Of a DNA stretch of 32,664 bases, positions 23,928-32,058 are shown piece after piece. This DNA is from Syntrophaceae bacterium (lineage in GTDB: Bacteria > Desulfobacterota > Syntrophia > Syntrophales > UBA2185), in contig DNUI01000085.1 in assembly GCA_003508565.1 (NCBI GenBank), positions 1 to 32,664 of the forward strand, written 5' to 3'. Made by a program: the position numbers and the translations under genes. The notes under the pieces were generated by a model. The model was not told the DNA's origin and searched no databases. It saw nothing but the letters and a program-made list of their open reading frames with translations. Position 1 is the first letter of the stretch, and each line of letters opens with the position of its first letter.

Positions 23928-24353
23928 ATGGAGTTGGGCAAGGAACTCCCTCACGGCCCCGTCCTTTTTTATAATGAACTGGTAATAGACCACTGTACAA
24001 ATCCCCGGAATGTCGGTGAAATAGCTGATGCCGATGGGTATGCTCACATCTGTGATCCCTCCTGCGGTGATAACATGAAATTATGGATTAAGGTGACTTC
24101 GGGCATAATCGCCGATATTAAATTCCTGTCCTCCGGCTGCGCCGGCGCTCTTGCAACCAGCAGCATGACGACCGTGCTGGCCAAAGGCAAAACCGTAGAA
24201 GAAGCGAAAAGGATAACCGACGCCGATGTTATTCTTGCCCTTGAGGGAGTTCCCGGACACCCTGGAAACTGTGTTCTTTCCGGTACTGCCGCATTACTCG
24301 AAGCCATCAGAGACTATGAGCGGAAGAACGACAGGAAAGGCAAGAGTGCGTGA
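23928..24353 (+). CDS. IscU/NifU-N-terminal-like Fe-S cluster scaffold protein
   Basis: VIDHCTNPRNVG and the three scaffold Cys contexts SCGDNM, SSGCAGA and HPGNCVLS. RBS GAGGAG. Confidence 0.8.
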   Translation: MELGKELPHGPVLFYNELVIDHCTNPRNVGEIADADGYAHICDPSCGDNMKLWIKVTSGIIADIKFLSSGCAGALATSSMTTVLAKGKTVEEAKRITDADVILALEGVPGHPGNCVLSGTAALLEAIRDYERKNDRKGKSA

Positions 24354-24603
24354 GGGGCCTGATCCGTTTTGCCTTCCTTAATCAAAAAATGTAGGTCAAA
24401 TTCAATTTCCCCATCCCGGTTTTTCTATCAGAAAATCTCCCTATCTCCCATGGGTGTACAACGCCAAGAACCAACGCCAGTTCTATGTATATTTGTTATA
24501 CTAACCCCGTAACTATTCATTATATCTATTTGACTTATTCAATTAAATAATATATTGGCCGCCATGTTTATTTGGATTCACTTCATATAAGGAGGCCATG
24601 AGA

Positions 24604-25761
24604 ATGCACAAGAATATTGAACCGCTTGTCAATGACGGTTTTGATGGACAGCACGCAAAAAGGATTTTGAGCTATATTCAATCGCAGCGCGAAAAAGGAA
24701 AAAACGCTGTCGGCATCTATTGCGGGTATGCCCCGATTGAAATTATTCAAGCAATGAATGCCGTTCCGACGGTGTTGTGTGCTTTTGCCGATAAAACAAT
24801 CGCCGCGGCGGAAGCGGTGCTTCCTGCCAACCTGTGCCCCCTCATCAAGTCAAGCTACGGATTCATCATCACCGATAACTGTCCGTTTTACGCCCTCTCT
24901 GAAGCCGTTGTTGCGGAGACTACATGCGATGGCAAGAAAAAAATGTTCGAACTCATTTCCCATATCAAGCCCATGTTCGTTATGGACCTGCCGCAGTTGC
25001 CCGATGAACGGGAGGCCAAGGACAACTGGATGACCATGATAAGGAAACTGCAGACGTTCCTGGAAAATACCTTTAACAAAAAGATCCATGATGAAGATGT
25101 GGAGGCGGCAATTAAAGACTCCAATAAAAGAAACGACATGATGAACCGGATATTCGATTTCGCGAAGCTCCAGCCCCCGGTCATTAACTGGAGCGAGATG
25201 TATGACATTACCTGGCTGGCGCAACCGGCGAATTTCAGCGATATAGCCCCATTGCTGGAAGAAACAATTCAAAAACTTGAGAAGAGAGCAGCGGATGAAG
25301 TTGTCTTTGGAAATGCAGACTCACCGAGGGTGCTTGTTACCGGATGTCCTGTAGGGGGAGATGCCAACAAGGTCTTCCGGATTATTGAAGAACTTGGCGG
25401 CAATGTTGTCGTTATTGACTCCTGCACGGGTATGAAACCATTCATGGAAAAGATCGCGGAGGATACAGATGATCCTTACGCCGCCATCGCGGAACGGTAT
25501 CTGAAACTCCCATGTTCCTGTATGACGCCGAATACGCACCGCTTGCAGGAACTGGATAAGATTATTGAACGATTTAAGCCGGATGCGATCATTGAAGTGG
25601 TTCTCCATGCCTGCCACTCCTACAACGTAGAAACCCACAAGATCAGGGAACATGCAAAAAATACACATGGTCTTCCTTATCTGAAGATCGAAACCGATTA
25701 TTCTGAAGGAGATATCGAGCAGATCCGCACACGGGTGGAGGCGCTGTTTGACAGTTTGTGA
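24604..25761 (+). CDS. 2-hydroxyacyl-CoA dehydratase / BcrC-BadD-HgdB family protein (single-subunit, double-cubane-cluster-protein-like)
   Basis: Conserved Cys contexts are IYCGYAP, NLCPLIKS, ETTCDGKKK, LVTGCPVGGD, IDSCTGMK and LHACHSY. ATG 24604 is 8 nt after AAGGAGG; ATG 24598 is too close to the RBS. Confidence 0.8.
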   Translation: MHKNIEPLVNDGFDGQHAKRILSYIQSQREKGKNAVGIYCGYAPIEIIQAMNAVPTVLCAFADKTIAAAEAVLPANLCPLIKSSYGFIITDNCPFYALSEAVVAETTCDGKKKMFELISHIKPMFVMDLPQLPDEREAKDNWMTMIRKLQTFLENTFNKKIHDEDVEAAIKDSNKRNDMMNRIFDFAKLQPPVINWSEMYDITWLAQPANFSDIAPLLEETIQKLEKRAADEVVFGNADSPRVLVTGCPVGGDANKVFRIIEELGGNVVVIDSCTGMKPFMEKIAEDTDDPYAAIAERYLKLPCSCMTPNTHRLQELDKIIERFKPDAIIEVVLHACHSYNVETHKIREHAKNTHGLPYLKIETDYSEGDIEQIRTRVEALFDSL

Positions 25762-25787
25762 TGGTAGTATGAAAATTGATTTACTCA

Positions 25788-25869
25788 CCCACTTTTTTAA
25801 AGGGGGCCGGGGGGATTTTTTCATTTTTCCTACAAAAGCCCTCTCAATCTCCCTTTACAAAAGGGAGAC
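25788..25869. repeat. two copies of a short G/C-tract element (CCCCTTT...AAAGGGG / GATTGAGAGGG type) including a 9-bp hairpin
   Basis: CCCACTTTTTTAAAGGGGGCCGGGGGGATTTTTT and CCCTCTCAATCTCCCTTTACAAAAGGGAGAC; the stem is 25848..25856 / 25860..25868. A related CCCCTCTGGTGGGAGGGATTGTGGGAGG occurs at 28828..28858. Confidence 0.4.
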
Positions 25870-25957
25870 TTAATAGAATCGATGATTTTCATGTTCTCCT
25901 CGCACCCACGGGACATGGGGGTTTATTACAGTTTTGTTTTCATACGAATAGGTAACT

Positions 25958-26703
25958 ATGATCATTGCAGGCATTGACATCGGGTCACGAACGGTCAAAC
26001 TCGTTGTCGTGGAAAACGGGGAGGTTGTTCTGACTCGAAGGAAACGAATTCGTACGATCCTCTGGAAATCTGCAGAAGAATTATCGATGGAGTACGCTAC
26101 GATACCATAACTGCCACAGGCTATGGGAGAAACCTGTTCCGCAATTATTAAGATTGCCGTGTAATCAGTGAAATCAAGGCTTTTGCCATCGGCGCCAGAA
26201 AAGTTTTTCCGGACTGCCGTACCATCCTGGATATCGGCGGGCAGGACACGAAGGCCATTTCCCTCAATGAAGAGGGGAACATTGAACGGTTTGAAATGAA
26301 CGACAAGTGCGCCGCAGGTACAGGCAAATTTCTTGAGATCATGGCAACGGCCCTTGGCTTCGGGATGAAAGAATTTATGGCGGCGGGGATGGCCGCGCAA
26401 CGGGCTGTCAAGATCAACAGCATGTGCACCGTATTTGCCGAGTCGGAGGTCATCTCCATGCTGGCTCGGGGACATGACCGTTCTGAAATTGCCCGCGGCA
26501 TTCACGAAACGATCTGCCGGCGCTCGGCTGCAATGCTGAGGCGTGTGCATGATGAGGGCAATATCGCCTTCTTCGGCGGGGTTGCCATAAATCCATGTGT
26601 CAATGAAATACTCACACAGGAAATCGGCCAGAATCTCATCGTTCCTGAAGACCCTCAGATCGTGGGAGCCCTCGGCTGTGCGTGTTTGATGAGCAAAAAA
26701 TAA
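25958..26703 (+). pseudogene. 2-hydroxyacyl-CoA dehydratase activase (BcrA/BcrD/HgdC ATPase family), disrupted
   Basis: It starts MIIAGIDIGSRTVKLVVVENGEVVL, then needs a frame change near 26030 to continue DSKETNSYDPLEICRRIIDGVRYDTITATGYGRNLFRNY. An in-frame TAA follows at 26149..26151, then DCRVISEIKAFAIGA...ILDIGGQDTK...MNDKCAAGTGKFLE to the stop at 26703. Confidence 0.8.
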
Positions 26704-26751
26704 TCATTATAGAAAAATATTTTGGAATCACAAACTTCTTCATCGTCTGCT

Positions 26752-27293
26752 ATGAAGCAACCCTCCATTCGCCGCCCTCTTCAAGAAATCATTGCGCATG
26801 TATCTGAGACATGCAAGGACTGCGGCCTATGCAGGCAGGAATGCGATTTTCTCGAAAAATACGGAACTCCGAAGGAGATCGCCGATTGCTATGATCCCAA
26901 GAAGAAAGAAGGGCAGGTCATGCCCTTTGAATGCAGTCTGTGCCGGCTCTGTGATGACGTCTGTCCTTTCGGCATAAATCCCTCACAAATGCTTCTTGAA
27001 ATACGACGGGAATCGGTCGAACGCGATGCCGGTTCATTTCCCGAACACACCGTACTCCTTGATTACGAAAGGCGGGGAATGTCGAAACGATTCACCTGGT
27101 AAGGCCTTCCCGAAGGCTGCCACACCGTTTTTTTCCTGGATGCGCCCTTTCGGGTACCCGTCCTGACAGAATGAAAGAGATTTACGAACTTCTCCGCACA
27201 AAAGATCCCGCCCTCGGCATTGTTCTCGACTGCTGCAGGAAGATTTCCCACGATTCAGCAGTACGCCGCCTGATTGGCCTAACGGGTGTTTAG
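26752..27293 (+). pseudogene. HdrD/GlpC-like Fe-S protein (2x[4Fe-4S] + CCG domain), disrupted
   Basis: CKDCGLCRQEC and CSLCRLCDDVCP are followed by an in-frame TAA (27100..27102). GLPEGCHTVFF is followed by a -1 frameshift in a T7 run (27128..27134), then PGCALSGTRP...GIVLDCCRKISHD (CCG motif) and TAG (27291..27293). The rest of CCG domain 1 appears deleted. Confidence 0.7.
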
Positions 27294-27302
27294 GCTCGTG
27301 AA

Positions 27303-28307
27303 ATGAACCATTGTGCGGAGCAAACCCTGTGCTGTGGGAGCGGGGCCGGTGTGAACTCCCTATCGCCTGAACTGGCTGATCAGTGGTCGGATCGTATCTG
27401 GAAGGAAGCGGGAGACCGCCCGATCATTACCTACTGCTGCGGCTGTGCTGGCCGTTTCAGCGGGAAGGGAACGGTAGTGCATATCCTCGATGTCCTCTGT
27501 GAACCGGAAGCGGCCCTGGCGGGAAAAAGCAAAGTATCTGGAGCGCCTTTCACCTATCTTAACCGGCTTCGTCTCAAGAATTATTTCAAAAAGTTCTCGG
27601 ACAATGTTGCCTCACGGGAAAGAACCTATACGGCTGCGGAAGAGAAGAAAAAAGGATGGGTGGGGCGGCGTCTGACCATTCTTGTTTTCCTTGTCGCTGC
27701 CATTGTCGCCGTCCGCATGACAGGGGCCACCCGCTATCTCGATCAGGAAACCCTCCGCCAATTGATTGCAAGCTATGGCATGCTGACGCCCATCATCTAT
27801 ATGCTCATCTATGCCGTGGCCCCTTCTTTGCTCCTGCCTGGGCTCCCCATTACCATCGCCGGGGGAATTCTCTTCGGACCCTTCTGGGGCGTCGTTTACA
27901 CCATCACCAGCGCAACGCTCGGAGCCTGCATCACCTTTCTCATTTCCCGTTATGTTGCCAGGGGATGGGTCGAAGGAAAACTCCGCAGTCCACGGTGGCG
28001 CCGTCTCGACGAGGGAGTGGAAAAGCACGGATGGAAAGTAGTCGCCTTCACCCGCCTCATTCCCCTGTTTCCGTTCAACCTTCTGAACTATGCCTTCGGG
28101 CTTAAGAAGATCGGCTTCTGGCCTTACACCGTAGCGACCTTTATCTGCATGCTTCCGGCCTGCATTGCCTTTATCGTCTTCTCCAGCTCCCTCCTGGATT
28201 TGATCCGGGGCAAAATTTCCGCCACGTTTGTCCTTGGGATTGCCTTGATTGTATTGGTGTCCCTGATATCACTTTTTACAGGCGCTATCAGAAAAAGAAA
28301 GGCGTAG
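27303..28307 (+). CDS. CCG-domain remnant fused to TVP38/TMEM64 (DedA/SNARE-associated) membrane domain; probably the 3' part of the disrupted gene upstream
   Basis: It is in the same frame as 27135..27293, separated only by the TAG. CCGSGAGV...IITYCCGCAGRF is the C-terminal half of a CCG domain, followed by LLPGLPITIAGGILFG...ATLGACITFLISRY. There is no convincing RBS at ATG 27303. Confidence 0.55.
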   Translation: MNHCAEQTLCCGSGAGVNSLSPELADQWSDRIWKEAGDRPIITYCCGCAGRFSGKGTVVHILDVLCEPEAALAGKSKVSGAPFTYLNRLRLKNYFKKFSDNVASRERTYTAAEEKKKGWVGRRLTILVFLVAAIVAVRMTGATRYLDQETLRQLIASYGMLTPIIYMLIYAVAPSLLLPGLPITIAGGILFGPFWGVVYTITSATLGACITFLISRYVARGWVEGKLRSPRWRRLDEGVEKHGWKVVAFTRLIPLFPFNLLNYAFGLKKIGFWPYTVATFICMLPACIAFIVFSSSLLDLIRGKISATFVLGIALIVLVSLISLFTGAIRKRKA

Positions 28308-28423
28308 AGGACCCATTGTAAAAATTATCCGCACACGTCAGTATTCAGTCAATCATACACAGCGCTTTATGAACAAATGATAATTCGGAATTCAATATTA
28401 ATGCGGCAGCCGTTGCCTTATTA

Positions 28424-28780
28424 TTGAAAACCATAACGAGGATAGTCCTCGAAAAAAGATCACGGCATATAGAATGGAAATGGGGTAACTGGGAAAAGGG
28501 TTACTGTCCTGTTTGCGGAACGTTCCCCACCATAGCAATGATAAAAGAAAAAATTGCCGAGCGCTGGCTCCATTGTTCCCATTTCTTTGTAGAGAATAAG
28601 GACAAAGAATGCGCCTTTGCCTGTGACAAGTGTAAACGGTATTTGATTACATTGACCCGCATGAGTGATTTGATCATCCGTGATCTTGACATATCTGCCA
28701 TCAGCCTTATCCACCTCGATATCATCATGCAGGGTAGGGGTTTCCAGCCCATGGCCACCTGTGAATGGAATGCAGTTTAA
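28424..28780 (+). pseudogene. truncated FdhE-like (formate dehydrogenase accessory) remnant
   Basis: It retains W-x2-GYCPVCG, RWLHCS, CDKCKRYL and the C-terminal DLDISAISLIHLDIIMQGRGF. It lacks the roughly 150-aa N-terminal domain (in-frame stop at 28370..28372) and the middle Cys pairs. Confidence 0.55.
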
Positions 28781-29159
28781 AATTCCCTTCCTAAATTTAC
28801 ATTCCTAAATCATCCGCCACAAGAAACTTTCCCCTCTGGTGGGAGGGATTGTGGGAGGTAACAATCAATCCTTTCTGTCTGCAAACAGTGGAACCTCCGA
28901 TACCTTCCGCATGATCTCCACAGGATAATTGAAGGTGCACATGAGGATGGAGCTTAAACCGATAAACACCCCGAGGTCATCAAGAAAATGGTGGTCTCTC
29001 CCCAGAACCCACTCTGGTTTTTCATGGTTATCCCAGACTCACATATCAATTCATCGACAAATGTGGTATAGTTCATCAAAAAAAGAATTCATGAAGTCAT
29101 CCTCACCCTGGCCGTCTCCCATCAAGGTAGAGGGTTAGTTAAAGCAATGAAACAAAATT

Positions 29160-29369
29160 ATGAGAAAATGCCCTTTCTGCGGAGAAGAAATCATCAGGAA
29201 AGAAACGACAGCCTGTCCGTTCTGCCGCGGTAACCTCCCCAACCCTGAGCCATGTTCCCGCCGCAGTATCTTTCACTGCCCATTATGCCACGCCGAAGAT
29301 TCATATTGTGATTCAACCAACAGAATATTCTGCCCCCACTGTCGAGAATATCTTAAAAGGTATGAGTAA
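29160..29369 (+). CDS. small double zinc-ribbon protein (four CxxC pairs)
   Basis: CPFC...CPFC...CPLC...CPHC within 69 aa. The RBS is weak, so coding status is uncertain. Confidence 0.4.
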   Translation: MRKCPFCGEEIIRKETTACPFCRGNLPNPEPCSRRSIFHCPLCHAEDSYCDSTNRIFCPHCREYLKRYE

Positions 29370-29400
29370 AGAGTGGCAGGATGTACAAATGCCCAGTTTG

Positions 29401-30039
29401 TTATGGCAATAAAAGACCGATGAGAGATAAAATTATCCACCGGAAAAATGCGATCAGGGGGTTTAGCGCGCCAAGATACAGCAGGCCGATAATGATGAAT
29501 AACCCATAAGGCTCAAGGCGTGAGAGATAATATTGAAACCTTTCCGACATGAAACCCATGAGGATTTTTGATCCGTCAAGAGGGGGGATCGGAATCAAGT
29601 TAAATGCGGCGAGGATAATATTTATCTGTGCCAGATAATAGAGAAAGGTTGCCGGAACACTGCCGGGCGCTGGTGATAAAAGACGAAAAAGGAGGAACGC
29701 AACGAAGGCAAAAATCATATTTGCGATGATTCCCGCCGAGGATACGAATATAAGCCCCTTGCGGGTATCATGGAGGTTACCGAAGTTTACCGGCACCGGC
29801 TTTGCCCAGCCAAAACCGAAGATGAAAAGCATGAGTGTACCAATAGGATCGAGGTGCTTTAAAGGACTCAGACTTAACCTGCCGAGCGATTTAGCCGTAG
29901 GATCACCCATCTGATACGCAACCCAGCCATGAGCCAGTTCATGAATGATGATAGAGTACAAAAGAGGTATGGCAAGAAGGATAAATGTCAAAGGATCATT
30001 GATTAGCAGATTTAGGAGTCCCATGTACGAACCTGTCAT
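29401..30039 (-). CDS. site-2 protease (M50) family membrane metalloprotease
   Basis: HELAHG zinc motif in TM1. About 6 TMs, with NLIPIPPLDGSK containing the third ligand Asp. Confidence 0.85.
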   Translation of the reverse strand: MTGSYMGLLNLLINDPLTFILLAIPLLYSIIIHELAHGWVAYQMGDPTAKSLGRLSLSPLKHLDPIGTLMLFIFGFGWAKPVPVNFGNLHDTRKGLIFVSSAGIIANMIFAFVAFLLFRLLSPAPGSVPATFLYYLAQINIILAAFNLIPIPPLDGSKILMGFMSERFQYYLSRLEPYGLFIIIGLLYLGALNPLIAFFRWIILSLIGLLLP

Positions 30040-30189
30040 GTAGCATTGTAATTTTTAAAATAATTTACGTTGTACGTATACTATATAATTGTTACGTTTT
30101 ACACTAATCTTTTTTCATTGGATTGACTTTTTACAAATGGTTGTAAGGTTCAAGGATACCATTTACAGCAAAGATTGAAGGATTGGTTT

Positions 30190-31131
30190 ATGGAAAAAAT
30201 CGACATATTGGTTATTGGCCGAAGCTGCGTAGATATTATTTCCGTTGTTGAACAATTCCCCCGTGAAGATACCAAAGTCCCGCTCTTGTACAGGATGAAG
30301 GAGGGGGGAGGGCAGGGTGGCACTGCTTCCTGTTGCATTGCCAGGCTCGGGGGGAAGGCGGCATATTATGGACATCTGGGGAATGATGATGAAGGCAAAT
30401 TTTGTCTGAAACGTTTACAAGACTTTCACGTGGAGACGAGATATGTGAAGATCGTGAGAGACTGCGCAACACCTGTGGCATATATCTTCATCACCCGTGA
30501 AAGCGGCAAAAGAACCATCATGTATGAACGCAGCACCCTGCCTGAATTGAAGCTGGATCGGAACTTACAGATGCTCATTAATTCCGTAAAGGTGATTCTG
30601 CTTGATCCCGAAGTAACATACCTCGCGAAGGATATGAAAAATGTAGTCGGTGACGGCACCAGCATAGTATATGATTGCGAAAGATGGCACAAGGATATGC
30701 CTCATATGATGGCAGTGGCTGATTATTTCATTCCCAATTTTGAATTTTTGCAGACGAGGGAATTGAATCTTTCCGGTATCTCTTTTGACCAACAGATATT
30801 TCATCTGGCAGAAATGATCAATGGATGTCTCGTGGTGACACATGGTGCAGAAGGCGCATATTATGTTTACAATGATCAACTTCTCCACGTTCAGGCTCCC
30901 ACAGTGACTATCAAAGATACTACCGGCGCGGGAGATAATTTTCATGCGGCCTTCAGCATGGCAGTAAGCCTTGGTTACGATCTTCCCGCAGCGGTGAAAT
31001 TTTCAGTAGCAGTGGCTTCCCTTTCCTGTCGGGAATATGGCGGTCGGCTGGGTATTCCCGATCTGGCCGAGGCGCACGCATTGGCATTCACGCTCGAAGA
31101 ACAGGTTGCATCGATCAAACATGCAAGATGA
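30190..31131 (+). CDS. PfkB/ribokinase-family sugar (or nucleoside) kinase
   Basis: N-terminal IDILVIGRSCVD, GGQGGTAS, and the C-terminal signature DTTGAGDNFHAAF. ATG 30190 is 8 nt after AAGGA; the track start is TTG 30175. Confidence 0.85.
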   Translation: MEKIDILVIGRSCVDIISVVEQFPREDTKVPLLYRMKEGGGQGGTASCCIARLGGKAAYYGHLGNDDEGKFCLKRLQDFHVETRYVKIVRDCATPVAYIFITRESGKRTIMYERSTLPELKLDRNLQMLINSVKVILLDPEVTYLAKDMKNVVGDGTSIVYDCERWHKDMPHMMAVADYFIPNFEFLQTRELNLSGISFDQQIFHLAEMINGCLVVTHGAEGAYYVYNDQLLHVQAPTVTIKDTTGAGDNFHAAFSMAVSLGYDLPAAVKFSVAVASLSCREYGGRLGIPDLAEAHALAFTLEEQVASIKHAR

Positions 31132-31166
31132 GATGCTATATGTAAAAATTTTGTCTGATTTTGAAA

Positions 31167-32033
31167 TCAGCGGGCGCACTGAACATGAGAGGATATCACT
31201 TCAACACGTTCCTCTTTCTGCTCAGTTTTCATCCTGATATATCTCTTGCGTAATTCCTGCAAACTTTCTTGTTTGCCTTCCCTTGCAGATGGAGTAAGGA
31301 AGGATGAGAGCCTTTTTTCCAATTTATAAAGGTTCTGCTCTTTCCCGATTTCAATTATGCCGTCTGTCATAATACTCTGCATGAAAAGTTCTTTTTGTGT
31401 TTTTGAATATATGTTCTCCGCAATGGGGACCAACACATAATAACTCAAAACTATGCCGTACAGTGTTGATGTCAATGCGATAGGAATAGTCTTGAGAATT
31501 ATTCCCGTATCACCCACGCCATACAGCATTCCTATAAGACCTATGATACTGCCCGCCACGCCGAACGCCGGGGCTACCAATGCCGTCGTCCTGAATACTC
31601 GTTCCGAATGCTGCCGTCTTGTTTTAAAATAGTACATTTCGTTGTGAAGGATACTTCGAATTTCATCTTCACTATAGCCGTCAACAAGCAACCCGAGAGC
31701 ATTTTTCAAAAACGTTATCGTTGTAGTCTTCTCTACTTTTTCCAGTGACAACACTCCATCAGACCTTGATCTGACAGAGATATCAAGGAGGATATTAACG
31801 ATTTGATCCGGTGAATTCACAATGTCTTTTTTGTATGAATTTAAGGCAACCTTATACGCATTCTTTAGTCTTTCATAAGGATAGCTGAGAAAAGCGACTC
31901 CAATTGTTCCGGATGAAACCACCAGAAAGCTTATAAGGTTGAAATAAAATACCATTCCCCCCTCTCCATAGAAAAAACAGCCTATGAAAATTATTGTACA
32001 AATCCCAACGCCAAGCAAATTCATCCTTATCAT
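31167..32033 (-). CDS. MotA/PomA/TolQ/ExbB-family proton-channel (stator) protein
   Basis: Two N-terminal TMs, a cytoplasmic loop, then TTALVAPAFGVAGSIIGLIGML and ALTSTLYGIVLSYYVLVPIA, typical of the MotA C-terminal TM pair. ATG 32033 is preferred because track start 32111 overlaps the upstream gene. Confidence 0.8.
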   Translation of the reverse strand: MIRMNLLGVGICTIIFIGCFFYGEGGMVFYFNLISFLVVSSGTIGVAFLSYPYERLKNAYKVALNSYKKDIVNSPDQIVNILLDISVRSRSDGVLSLEKVEKTTTITFLKNALGLLVDGYSEDEIRSILHNEMYYFKTRRQHSERVFRTTALVAPAFGVAGSIIGLIGMLYGVGDTGIILKTIPIALTSTLYGIVLSYYVLVPIAENIYSKTQKELFMQSIMTDGIIEIGKEQNLYKLEKRLSSFLTPSAREGKQESLQELRKRYIRMKTEQKEERVEVISSHVQCAR

Positions 32034-32058
32034 AATGACATCCCCTGTTATATATAAG

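Noticed and set aside
25870-26550. A 226-aa minus-strand ORF and the nested 117-aa ORF.
   Set aside because: They are antisense to the activase pseudogene, whose + strand frames carry unmistakable BcrA/HgdC-family motifs (IDIGSRTVK, ILDIGGQDTK, MNDKCAAGTGKFLE).
26149-27293. The in-frame TAA (26149, 27100) and TAG (27291) might be recoded sense codons, by analogy with the Sec UGA at 19279.
   Set aside because: TAA and TAG terminate many clearly complete genes in this window. The same genes also carry frameshifts and a deletion. No recoding signal is apparent. Pseudogenisation is the simpler reading.
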